Below, in pieces: positions 56,301 through 61,477 of a DNA stretch of 64,000 bases. Position 1 is the first letter of the stretch; every line of letters begins with the position of its first letter. Source of the stretch: a virus (Duplodnaviria > Caudoviricetes); the IMG/VR virus record IMGVR_UViG_2931680285_000001, positions 1 through 64,000 of that record; one strand, written 5' to 3'. Below the pieces are notes generated by a model, which made no database searches, was not told where the DNA came from, and saw nothing but the letters and a program-made list of their open reading frames with translations. Position numbers and translations under genes: made by a program.

Positions 56301-57656
56301 GATCCGGCAGACCTCGATGCGCTGGCCGCATACCTGGCGCGTCAGCTCGACAACGGCAGGCAGGGGACGGCAGAGCGGATCGTCCGCCGTGCCGCGCCGG
56401 ATGCCTCGAAGCAGCCAGGACTCCTCGCCCGGGCCATGGGACTGCTCTGGCGCCTGGGCCGTCGGCTCGTCGAGCTGGTGAAGGCCGCGGCCCGGAAGAT
56501 CGCCGAGCTGTGGCGCAGCAGCCGTGACCGTTTGTCCCGTCTTCGGGCCTTCCTGAACCGCATGGTGACCCGTGTACGGGACTGGCCCGAGTCCCGGCGT
56601 CTGGCCCGCCTCCATGCCGCGCTGGATCTGCCGGACGTCGAGGGTGACTCGCTGGCCTCCCGCGTGTTCCAGTGGGCCAACTTGCTTCCGGAACCCGGTC
56701 AGTTCGGCCGTAGGGAGCGCAGTGCGTCGTGGTGGAAGCCGACCACGTGGGCGCAGCTTGCCGCTGGTCGGCTGCCCGGCCGTGCCACCGGCCGCCGCTC
56801 CGCGCCCGACCGGGCTTCCGACAACGGGCCGGGACTCGCCGCCCTGCGGCACCTCGCGGCCGTACGTGCTGCTGGCGCGGACGTCGACCGGGACGTGACC
56901 CGCCGCCTGTCCACCCTGCTGGGCGACGACTTCGGCGACGACCCGCACAGCACGCTCCAGCACGCGGACGACTACCTGACGGCCGCGGAGCACCGTCTGC
57001 TCAACCTTCAGGCGGCCCGGACCACGGCGCTGGACCCCGACGTCGAGGTAGAGATCGCTGCCGCGCGGATGGAGGTCGCCACCGCACGGCGCGAGTGGGA
57101 GGACCTGCGGCGCCAGTACGCCGCAGCGGTTCCCGAAGCGGTCGCCGGGGCGTTGGCCGGCATACGGGACCTCGGCCCTGAGGGCACGGCGGGGTTCGTG
57201 TTCGGTCCCGACACCGTTCCTGATGCCGAGCGCGCCGTCCGCAGGGTGCAGCGGCTTCTTCCTCGGGACTGGCTGAGCAATCCGGGTGTGCGACGTCTGA
57301 CCGCGACCAGCGGAGACGGCGGCCAGTACGAGCCCGGCGTCGGCCGCGCCACGGTCGCTGACCTCGGAGACGAAGGCAACGGCACGGCCGCTCACGCTCT
57401 GGGACAGCACCTGGTCGCGCACATCCCGGACCTGGAAATGGCGGCGCAGATGTACTGGTTCACGCGGACGCACTCGGGCCGCCCCGGTGCCCGCGTCCGC
57501 AACGCCTCGGGGCTCAGCCGTCTCCTGGCCGAGCAGCAGACGCAGAGGACCACGGGTGACACCATCGCTCGCTCGATGCAGGCCATGTTCACCGGGGACT
57601 GGTACGAGGACGACGACTTGAGGGCGTTCCTCCTTGGCCTGCTGGCCACCCGATAG
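41346..57656 (+). CDS. giant (5436 aa) DarB-like polyvalent protein: N6-adenine methyltransferase + SF2/SNF2 helicase + repeats
   Basis: MTase VLEAGSGSG (45939) and GNVPF (46125); helicase AHEVGLGKT (~48000), VDEAH (~48501), ATGTP, GTGMNAQ, QRNGRILRYGN; N-terminal HPRDSKGRF. Confidence 0.9.
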   Translation: MLMRTAPTDLSRTLEAKSVRRPWNSALHPRDSKGRFIETGGIARLWSGNLARVVRALPRDRVLVQDRASDGTYTGRRHSTSAKWITMVARPDGSAPTANQKKVEQEDARRGADDRRGLGLSRDDHGDPDTPDEPHDVDDEGNAIGDDEGDAPEDDDQDEPEDGTHDVDTDTLPNRQALPGSRFTDTAAVRRHFLELAEQPGTNSAALRRLAGDEDLQITPTGGLVTTRDDANGRWYLTATGTGGYLDVGDFSSRSEAEAAADSIHENVRNGHIMPGEFNQPIDFSDPKIGTWLQDWRSTKGEGAEQAIRRAVSDFRASRHKEGSASRPKPVRQAAQPRGRFTTLQQARDNWARRAADLRASGSEQDRAAARALDELIKEPRLKLVGDGQFVTHRVDGDWYLHATGTGQQMGWWFDKQADAKGFADHIVGTLKGKDGKPLDFSDPAFADYRGTWRSDKGRDYHQEWTAARALWDQEHPPKHSIATDRLAETLRRPPFGDQPTPDDKDEQSAPPSPAPGNDSENDVPGTDSGQSEPGPAGEQPEPEQAPDPEEAPEESDDRPAGVPADAEPVDGVPGYWATSWNPGPVTVYGPDGSRIASVEGGYSDRHATVDGVRLPIGGHLTIADQIIARHHLATTDPSQADRVHLAWTMHKTKRVVAVRGTVKDDPTDDRAVNAAGKLAWSPVQSARITGTQWKPETRDRKAADILAAFVRQGRNVRFTDETTRKSDAPEPSQPLDEEDKKLRVMSETDLREHRTNLQFHAQTARSPRSKQQALNSVRKVEAELERRRAVAEDGEQKTPQERAAALSDVDLAQAISNSERERGTYGSRRGDKLNDDERALYADRRRRSTERISRVAAPQDLDDDALTSYIQDLDRLKRAHDPGGSTHEEDDLAPERDLWDDVSSRLDDALKEQSERQLRQIEQRPPVQDLDDEALEAEAARLPVRLPKLDEEQNKILSARRRAVYEERQNRKAGVYRRRPEPSGLEDGDLVKEFRELQKNRNLTSGAEREALEERRRAIFDEQNRRGAKGHEETVRRAETREDPLNAHYNISVRVDGNSYGEVSYHETGSTWAGGPKAGWNAKTDRYGGGLGSFPSMVEALAALVENYDTDPNTEPVRLYGRTHQVWVPKMFFELYQSSRRADSFPSATKERQTLYGRFKGHGYGWSDRTNPITGKIGKGAVLEIPEGLLAEFQRVTEELSREMMLRSTDRELDSSDRSKARTRLAAINAALHGIDAARTNVRKDGGDDDRKVISAKEIEAQQAALRAALSTDERAEDEHLQPGGQGPLDEASAQGTGADGRPGEVLPEQGQGDRDGDSGGRGGAGEDRAGGDGVRAAGGSAQADQGDRDRDGAAGPAAGARAGDRGAADPHAGDAGSAGDEGRGVRHVGRFRPDPADAATRGPVQRAAANVEAIRVLKRLEQENRPATEQEKRTLARWSGWGSVPIMFASEPNEKEPRYQQGGARFGKFTQDHARWAEYTDLRAMLSNELTPLEWQQARRGTLSMHYTPQGIAEAMWDGLKALGFERGDVLEAGSGSGTFFGVSPQDARLTGVELDPTTARIAKAIYPDVNVLNENFAETDAPAGTFDASIGNVPFAAVPFGDKRYPSESLHNGFVTKELALTRPGGVTLLITSRHTLDSKGDKARKQIAKYGDLIGAVRLPSGVFSDAGTSVVADVLVLRRRADGQEPGDTSWLNAPERKVGDTREHVNAYFAQHPEHILGDLTTESSPYGPRLTVKGDPGKAADQLRDALRDIAEKAKEDGRGYEPHPDGDDRLPIHLQTAREKHANDWTGRLYEGDDGQLYQHVNGGNPVVVEPSDGQADQLRALMQLRDVAAELRVLDRKREEDERAEKLRAQLRDLHTSYVQQYGPLSKPGQFRSMKTGVREDGTEERTPTAWGYFRSDPDAGSVLALERWDADKQEPVLSRVFTERAAARRQPLDQTDDPKTALSAVVAATGEVDLGEIARLLNTDPQDALRALGTEVFTDPVTGRLELAGAYLSGPVRDKLADARRAAERDPAFQVNVAALEAVQPTDRTIGEFTPEMGAHWTPPELLQGFLREYLGDKTLRVAHDDRYGWMLYTGQVPKANNVLHGVAANEEKGTKGKGAVDIARAILGHGSLTIYRDDKRRDVDEETSRLVRQKADQMRSEFAKYATANADRLTRLTNSYNTIMNGHVVRSYDGMSPSLDGFTPDRDPHPWQLSGAARMQFERSVILAHEVGLGKTSTLVMGTQALKGSGQIEKPFAVVPDHLAQQWYDEARYLYPNAEIHLITSADLADGRRDSTLEWLRANKPDLVIFTEPAFGSIKMSPEAQEEYEFRELEALREQLDRQYEDATNPNHPFIVAKIEQRIATVQNKISKNAAPMRTPGATYWDDLGFDYAVVDEAHRYKGVGFRSREGGGDPASIRGVDLHQKLTDLHRRRAGRATVTLATGTPLSNSITEQYTMLALAAPWVLDSYKAGAPDLWAATFGRKTLRVENAPDGSGLRVVERFSEFHNRRAMKTMWGLVADTKRADDVGIPRPKIRGGQPNLVMVDPTKDQTARLKKLVARGRAIHNGEVDRSQDNMLAVSNEGTSVALDPRLVDAKAPAGKKLAAVAARHVERYHQHKDRVYKTHYGSTEDHPVPGALQMIFLNEGVPGGNNRGDFDAYAELKRLMVQGGIPADKIAFVQDAKKSGKPEHLAELFRRARDGEVSVLIGSSSVAGTGMNAQNRMVSLTHVDLDWGAAQMEQRNGRILRYGNQNDEVEVDIFATKGSLDGWKAGFVASKAEGLVDIQRPEMADSDTRDTVTELDVDYPDYETMEAEIGGNPYMSQLMKARRQLRDLEIDQHNEAAERVRRAEALAELEQETADTRAGITRREAALPRIRDVRGTFSMAIGGMPYTERADAAAALHRQVTTQLLDHAHEGVSPWKTVGQLGGLDVAVRTERRADGKLVAHVGFPDLARSSFERTPDDLKKRGAGSGMITRLANALEKAPALQEADRRRLPELDEQIALLQSAQTAADLTPQIEHARARANLLDDIVGRIADLDKLPEIDEDDLDKKLTETQRRKIVEERRTARVPLQGAVGAAVLTLEEFDKKFPEPERPERPRDRGQEQVRLPADEVAQVLDAIRPEEGGAGEKPTAPGDSDEESPQPLAEDLSEESQTAAGSGLIAGRFQFDEPVTDLDGQGWYVGSENDDGTVNVSNGPSSETFRPEELTSARQDAPSAPNVPEIAPEGPDDTVTLDRDDVEQQLEALRPAGDRAPSSMSEQEITDEIVSLMEREMLEGELTGADRTRMAVLEAENDRRAGRAPKAEPKKPTPDPVDDGGLFDVAAPAPQEPAAADPDNPLDQPDDLYGTPDMFADHEGRDTSRLRPVQMRSPENLSEGDRYTDADGRTHTVAEPPKRTGRGRVRIVTEGGEEHFYSRDAELRLRYPDEEIDDDAQDSNSRDASDEPAADDAQGGAPNSDESDESDESDEDERQGHRRRDGDPDGAAPADAPAGGSGGPSQPDVDQDEEDDSKNEEDGADSAENNEEDDERRRRRRRGNRRSDGRGPNGPGLPGLPGIPHLPDVDSRAPEDGGTASEGPSPRRAPRDVQGLRAAWRRGEGLIAEENTPERRAFLAQLADNPTLSLSSGGGIATWTDDTAPDGMRRWHFAQARNGGRFGGITLTARTADEARDLADLFEIITSAGGQQIDWHQPLTTSAVAGWSDRDGRTLPEALRHLRDLYQDGDEQEAGLVKPLITLPEDLTDWTDEDLADAWGAGLSPADQQRVTAEMDRRDDADQRVRDALPETPAADADEVRRRGEAMDAALGFSGADATRRPLTREERMQQEFADWDEARYQAAIEATNGYFYSKNSRRLPRVNERDLFSGGSLSRFGRWREYASEELIDWYDANGGRVTYNAFKAQRRAHEKIEREQYEEQRRNASPIPETSPASSSPSPAEGPRASDADTSSQIDVDDISLASASPGRESEEEGAARFGGPEQVRAFVERAQIREGGGDGVFQVWMDGRKIGHVRLVGGSAAKDSTWDSSPSLVLGDGGITRAASRDLAVAALVVRALRTPVSATDPNGDIWATVRMDLAGHYPELPELPARLAKDPAVRERYEGIVQLVANFRTSELVSGDLRQDIDHAKGEFEWLRDVLSTLPAKQQNRDVLRDLDRRVLLASWLRESLPPEDRDEAGRAPDGPGEPGTSPSSTDFPGETTGTSPTDSDAPAGDIGEQRHPSADRTGRSRPEAEQGTTPEAAREESGQDARARQDDEAEDRTGGSEAKPAADPVSKPDETEDPGARPEPSVEPEPVGGQPAHWASIDHLAPGDMARIDGTTRRGRATTLAGYVLDYPERVTVTRRGRTEEMWRIRIGESPDSLSGSRSTVYTPLTATAARAEAPESSAPGTPVSGAQGEVASGDLPDRIATDSTGAGLFPGSHVTGADGRDGTVTGVTDTTANVRWSDGDTDTGVAPASLTADDADDRRPAGWTSTGQRIRPGHLVADDGALLGPVDEADGDRITVTTADGTVTRDASRLSVVGEVRDETPQEAPVTSVTPHTAGDTSKGDVIVLDLDGSLITVEVRDADRDGDRVTLDYVDIATGELGGIEMDAATVISKAEGPDGSTPAFSNTVPEAEGDLTVHEPPAVLDPVAGPTVDPDLTPADRDVIADHGSAPEDDPDAQQAVARIGADLPVTDTQASALAAQLRANGNPATRDGRAALRAADHLDPDNAPEGLDRPRPSTAAQVGEGDVIAIPDERRDNEVRTYRVLDVEEAPGGMRSLLLEDEDRQWKRRMVPASMPVWQLPEPTRADDSTTPAATAPETPAPREPNPPLASVRRQIIAEHGRMMALRIVDEAVAGTEQPGSVHALREQISLRLTPDALRDAREQARREAGAALDAAGITGRDRVSAQQALRRARDKAHDRTVRAALRTINDLEPLPGEPDEDLAQRVAGLLRLIPVPDEPAPVRRRSAPSAPGTRAQGGGSSEATGHADDAVTSLLQHLQDGGVDPADLDALAAYLARQLDNGRQGTAERIVRRAAPDASKQPGLLARAMGLLWRLGRRLVELVKAAARKIAELWRSSRDRLSRLRAFLNRMVTRVRDWPESRRLARLHAALDLPDVEGDSLASRVFQWANLLPEPGQFGRRERSASWWKPTTWAQLAAGRLPGRATGRRSAPDRASDNGPGLAALRHLAAVRAAGADVDRDVTRRLSTLLGDDFGDDPHSTLQHADDYLTAAEHRLLNLQAARTTALDPDVEVEIAAARMEVATARREWEDLRRQYAAAVPEAVAGALAGIRDLGPEGTAGFVFGPDTVPDAERAVRRVQRLLPRDWLSNPGVRRLTATSGDGGQYEPGVGRATVADLGDEGNGTAAHALGQHLVAHIPDLEMAAQMYWFTRTHSGRPGARVRNASGLSRLLAEQQTQRTTGDTIARSMQAMFTGDWYEDDDLRAFLLGLLATR
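45181..45516 (+). CDS. nested 111-aa gene in the +1 frame of the giant ORF, TnpV-like small helical protein
   Basis: GC3-biased codons in this frame, AGAGGG/GAGG RBS, MSIYSQVARDHWTKHLPRELAQMADPEKFF...QRAGQLRQIRATATEMVLRDLL; host frame is low-complexity G/D/R/A here. Confidence 0.75.
   Translation: MSIYSQVARDHWTKHLPRELAQMADPEKFFLSKGREIETAILVAEEALEKTVPAATEYEQRAGQLRQIRATATEMVLRDLLPEPEPETEELPTLTPEMRDLLAMKDEVYDM
51699..51734 (+). repeat. 9-bp tandem repeat x4 (AGCGACGAG; SDE x4) in acidic linker
   Basis: Direct reading. Confidence 0.85.
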
Positions 57657-57667
57657 AAGGGGTAACG

Positions 57668-57901
57668 ATGTTGGTCACTGGTCGCTTTGATGATGGTTCC
57701 GCCTATCAGGTGCGGGTCACCGGAGACGCGGAGCGGCCGGTGATCGGCTCCGTGCGTGCGGCTGCGCTCGTCGAACTGCACGCGGGCAAGCCGATCCTGC
57801 TCACGCCCACCGGGCCCCAGCGCACCGTCGCCGGGAACGACGTCCAGTCGGTGCGCGCCGTGCTCGGGCGGCACACCACCGTGCTCGACTCCGCGCCGTA
57901 A
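57668..57901 (+). CDS. small hypothetical protein coupled to the giant gene
   Basis: GAAGGGG RBS; LTPTGP motif. Confidence 0.7.
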   Translation: MLVTGRFDDGSAYQVRVTGDAERPVIGSVRAAALVELHAGKPILLTPTGPQRTVAGNDVQSVRAVLGRHTTVLDSAP

Positions 57902-57921
57902 GGAGGTCCCTGGTGAGCGCA

Positions 57922-57950
57922 GGACACTAGGGGGCGGCCGTCCTCACCCT
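57922..57950 (+). promoter_or_regulatory. Putative late promoter (leaderless)
   Basis: GGACACTA-N15-CACCCT, 7 nt before GTG 57958. Confidence 0.6.
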
Positions 57951-57957
57951 GCCCGGC

Positions 57958-58539
57958 GTGATCAGATACGGATTCGCGATCAAGGCGCTCCCAAAAAGCG
58001 GCAAGCCGTTCGGCGACGAGGAGGACCAGGACGACACCCCTGAGCTGGAAAACGGCCCGCTTCCCGAGGACGGCGCGCCAGCGTCAGCCGGGGCCGCCGT
58101 GTCCGAGCCGAATGCTTCGTCATCGGGTGTGGAGGGCGACACAGAGGCAGCCGAGGAGCCGCCGCTCGACGAGACCGGACCCGAGCCGGACGATCGCTCC
58201 TCGTCGACGGACGGTGATGCCGCAGCCGGTCCCGAGAGCGACGCGCGCCCCTGGTCGGGCGATCCGTACGATGAAGGCGACGAGACGGACCCCGCCGATG
58301 CCTTCGCCGCGTACAAGGGCCCAGGCGGCGAGGAGGCATGGCTCGATCAGGCTCCGGACGGCACACTGACGGGGTGGGTCAGGGATGAGACTGGCCAGGT
58401 GTGGCGGTACACAGATCCGAGCGTGTGGGCCATCGACGTCGACGACGCCCCGATGACCCGCACCCACAGTCAGGCCACCGCCGGGCCGCCGCCGGACGAG
58501 CACGGCGGCCAAGACCCCCTGTTCCCGCCGACGCGATAG
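57958..58539 (+). CDS. acidic hypothetical protein with Trp-rich C-terminal domain
   Basis: D/E-rich disordered half; AWLD...TGWVRD..GQVWRY...W. Confidence 0.7.
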   Translation: MIRYGFAIKALPKSGKPFGDEEDQDDTPELENGPLPEDGAPASAGAAVSEPNASSSGVEGDTEAAEEPPLDETGPEPDDRSSSTDGDAAAGPESDARPWSGDPYDEGDETDPADAFAAYKGPGGEEAWLDQAPDGTLTGWVRDETGQVWRYTDPSVWAIDVDDAPMTRTHSQATAGPPPDEHGGQDPLFPPTR

Positions 58540-58551
58540 GAGCCCTCAGCA

Positions 58552-58764
58552 GTGCAGCTCAACCGCCAGACCGCCTGGAAGCTGATGCAGGAGGGGAAGG
58601 ACGCGTTCGCGCAGGGAGACCCGGGCGACGCCTGTCCCTACGACGCCCGCAGCGCCGACGCCGAGCAGCAGTTCGGCGCCTGGTACTGGAGCCGCGGATG
58701 GTCCGATGCTCGCACTGCCGCCGAAGCCGCCGTCCCGGAGTCAGACGTCGAAGTGGCTCGGTAG
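58552..58764 (+). CDS. Rmf/CrpP-fold small protein
   Basis: EGKDAFAQG....CPY...W.RGW..A pattern; AGGAG RBS. Confidence 0.65.
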   Translation: MQLNRQTAWKLMQEGKDAFAQGDPGDACPYDARSADAEQQFGAWYWSRGWSDARTAAEAAVPESDVEVAR

Positions 58765-58770
58765 AAGGGC

Positions 58771-59115
58771 TCACGCAGCCGGGGAGTGCCCGGCCGCCAT
58801 GAACCCCTTCCCGTCGGGCGCCCGCCGCAAAAGACCGCTCTCCTCCAGGCGCAGCACGCACACCGCCAGGCTCATCGCCTCCCGCACCGTGCCGATCAGC
58901 AGGAGCTCGCCGATCTCCTGCAGACGGGCAGGCGCGCCGGGCACGGTCCCGAGCATGCGCTTCACATCCTCGGTGTACGTGTACGAGGCGTTGATCTCGT
59001 GCTCCGTGAGCATGTCCTGCCAGTGGAAGCCGTCTTCGGCGGGCTCCTGGCTGCTGAGCTCGTCCCAGTCGCTGGGCTCGGGGGCGGTGTCGAGGCGGAG
59101 CATGTGCAAGCTCAT
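58771..59115 (-). CDS. hypothetical protein, possible winged-helix (114 aa)
   Basis: GAAAGG RBS; VLRLEESGLLRR..DG. Confidence 0.6.
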   Translation of the reverse strand: MSLHMLRLDTAPEPSDWDELSSQEPAEDGFHWQDMLTEHEINASYTYTEDVKRMLGTVPGAPARLQEIGELLLIGTVREAMSLAVCVLRLEESGLLRRAPDGKGFMAAGHSPAA

Positions 59116-59295
59116 GGTCGGGGTGGCCTTTCGGGTACGGGCGGACGGGTGCACACCATCGGAGCCGGTGCTTCTCGCACCGGGCTCGGGCGTGTCCAGT
59201 TGTTGCGATCCTCGGCCCGTACAGGCCGCCACTGCGGGGCTCGCCCCGCTGCGCACAGCCTAGTACGCGCAGGCCCGCGACGGCGGCGCACCGCA

Positions 59296-59324
59296 GGACA
59301 GTAACCAGGCCGGCACTGCACGGT
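59296..59324 (+). promoter_or_regulatory. Putative late promoter (protease)
   Basis: GGACAGTA-N15-CACGGT. Confidence 0.55.
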
Positions 59325-59364
59325 CCGCGGCGGCCATTCGTCCAGCCGCCGAAGGAACACCACT

Positions 59365-61293
59365 GTGCCGACCGCGCCCGCGCCCCGCGCGCCTGCGTCA
59401 CGTAAGGGCATCTGCCGCGCCATTTTCGCCGTGACCGGAGTCGTCGACGAGGTCGCCGACTTGATCGTTCCGGGAGCTTTCGCGCACACCCTGGCGACCA
59501 GACCTGTGAAAACGGTTTGGCACCACGCGTGGACGGACCCCATCGGCGTGGTTCTGGAGATCACCGAGTGGCGACCGGGCGATGCGCGGTTCGCCTCGAT
59601 TCCGAACTGGCCGGCGGAGGCCGGGGCGCTGGTCGCGACCATCCAGTTCAACCTGAGGACCCAGCGGGGCCGCGACGTCTACGAGCAGGTCCGCCAGTGG
59701 CACGAGCACGGCGAAGCCCAGTTCAGCATCGGCTACCGCGTGCCCCCGAGCGGAGCCACGAAGCGGTCGGACGGGGTTCGGGTGATCCACAAGCTCGACC
59801 TCTACGAGGTCTCCCCCGTCCTTCATGGCGCGCACCCGATGACCCGGTCCTTGGAGGTCAAGGCCGATGGTGGCGCCACGGAGTTGGAGCACAAGACGAC
59901 AGCGGGCGGGCACCTCGACTTCAAGGCCGCCGAGCGGCAGGTTGGTCGCGGGGCGATGGTCGCGCTGTACGTGCCTGGCGAGATCGCGGGCAGGATCGCC
60001 CACCCGGACGGCACCTTTGCACGGGACCTGCACATCACGCTGGCCTATCTCGGCGACGCCGAGCGGCTTCCCGGCCACCCTGACGACCTCGCCGACCTCG
60101 TGGCCGCAGCCCTTGAAGGCGCGAGCCCCGTGGAGGGGAAGATCGGGGGGATCGGCCGGTTCCCGGACACGGGCGACGGCGAGCCGGTCTTCGTGCCGGT
60201 CGACGTGCCGGGGTTGGCGTCGCTGCGCCAGCGGATCGTGGACGCGATCGAGTCGTCCCCGCTCGCTTCCTCGCTGAACGTCGACCACGACTTCACGCCG
60301 CACATCACGCTCGGGTACGGCCTGCCGCTGGACACCGTGCCCACCCCGTCCATCCCGGTCGCCTTCGACACCGTGCACGTCGTACGAGGACCGGACTCGA
60401 CTCCCATCCGCTTGCTCGGCCCTCTCACTGCCGATGCTCACACCGAGCCGACCGTGACAGAGCCACGTTTCGCCTCTCCGGCCCCAGCTGAGGAGAAGTC
60501 CGCGCACCAGGCCGTCCGCCAGGCTCTGGCTGCGCCCCGCTGGGCCCGCGCGAGCGCCCACGCCGCCGTCCTCGAAGCCAAGTCCCGTATCCCCACAGGA
60601 GTTCCCGTGTCGCCTCTCCAGCCTCTTCCCGCCTCCTACGAGGACATCCGCGAGCAGGTCAGCGATGCCGTCCACGGCCTGCTCGCCTCTGAGGACGGCA
60701 CCTGGTGCTGCGTCGAGGCGACCTACCCGGACCGGGTCATCGTCTCCGTCCACCAGGGTGACTCGGGCGCTCGAACCTACGCCGTCCCGTACAGCATGTC
60801 CGGCACGGAGATAGCCCTCGAAACGCCCCAGCCCGTCGCGCTGGCCACCGTGGTGATCCCCGACGAGGGATCGGTACGCCCTGCCGACAGCGCCGAGACA
60901 GCCGACAGCCTCCTCGTCCGCCCCACCCTGCGCGCGCTCGCGGAGGCGACCTCCCGCGTCCAGGCCGCGGACGCCTCTGAGCAACTGGAGCCCGTACGGG
61001 CCTCGGTGAGCAGCCTCCTCAGCGCCCTGTCCGCCAAGGGCCTCGACCTCACCGCCGAGGACGATGAGGAAGGCCCTGTCGGGGAACGGCTCCCCGCCAG
61101 CGGCTCGGCAGCCGTGGCCGGCAACGGCATCGACCTGTGGGACGACCCATACGACGAACCTCACGATGTCGACGAGGACGAGGACGAGTCCGAGAACGGC
61201 GACAACGCCGAGGAAGAGGTCGACGAGATGGGCGCGACCGTTCATCTCGACGCGACAGAGGTAAAGGCGCGCCTGGCCGCGATCCAGCTCTAG
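59365..61293 (+). CDS. HK97-type prohead protease fused to 2H phosphoesterase and acidic C-terminal region (642 aa)
   Basis: D.I.PGAF...WHH...PIG...FSIGY...LYEVSPV..GA; two HIT motifs LHITLAY (60031) and PHITLGY (60301). Confidence 0.85.
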   Translation: MPTAPAPRAPASRKGICRAIFAVTGVVDEVADLIVPGAFAHTLATRPVKTVWHHAWTDPIGVVLEITEWRPGDARFASIPNWPAEAGALVATIQFNLRTQRGRDVYEQVRQWHEHGEAQFSIGYRVPPSGATKRSDGVRVIHKLDLYEVSPVLHGAHPMTRSLEVKADGGATELEHKTTAGGHLDFKAAERQVGRGAMVALYVPGEIAGRIAHPDGTFARDLHITLAYLGDAERLPGHPDDLADLVAAALEGASPVEGKIGGIGRFPDTGDGEPVFVPVDVPGLASLRQRIVDAIESSPLASSLNVDHDFTPHITLGYGLPLDTVPTPSIPVAFDTVHVVRGPDSTPIRLLGPLTADAHTEPTVTEPRFASPAPAEEKSAHQAVRQALAAPRWARASAHAAVLEAKSRIPTGVPVSPLQPLPASYEDIREQVSDAVHGLLASEDGTWCCVEATYPDRVIVSVHQGDSGARTYAVPYSMSGTEIALETPQPVALATVVIPDEGSVRPADSAETADSLLVRPTLRALAEATSRVQAADASEQLEPVRASVSSLLSALSAKGLDLTAEDDEEGPVGERLPASGSAAVAGNGIDLWDDPYDEPHDVDEDEDESENGDNAEEEVDEMGATVHLDATEVKARLAAIQL

Positions 61294-61477
61294 CGCGATC
61301 CAGCTCCACGGTCCCTCGAACCCTCCACTGAAAGGAGTTTCCGCAGGTCAGACCCTTTCGACGCGACATTAGGGGCCTCCTCTCTCTCCAATACCCGGCG
61401 TTGTCGGGTCGTCCCGGTGCTGGCCGGGCGAGCGACGCACGTCAACCGCCCCCCAGCACGTGGAGAGAGCAGCCGAG

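Noticed and set aside
61461-61475. GGAGAGAGCAGCC (and GGAGAGAGCAC near 36755) as extra AGAGCAR hairpins
   Set aside because: No flanking stem; explained as ribosome-binding sites
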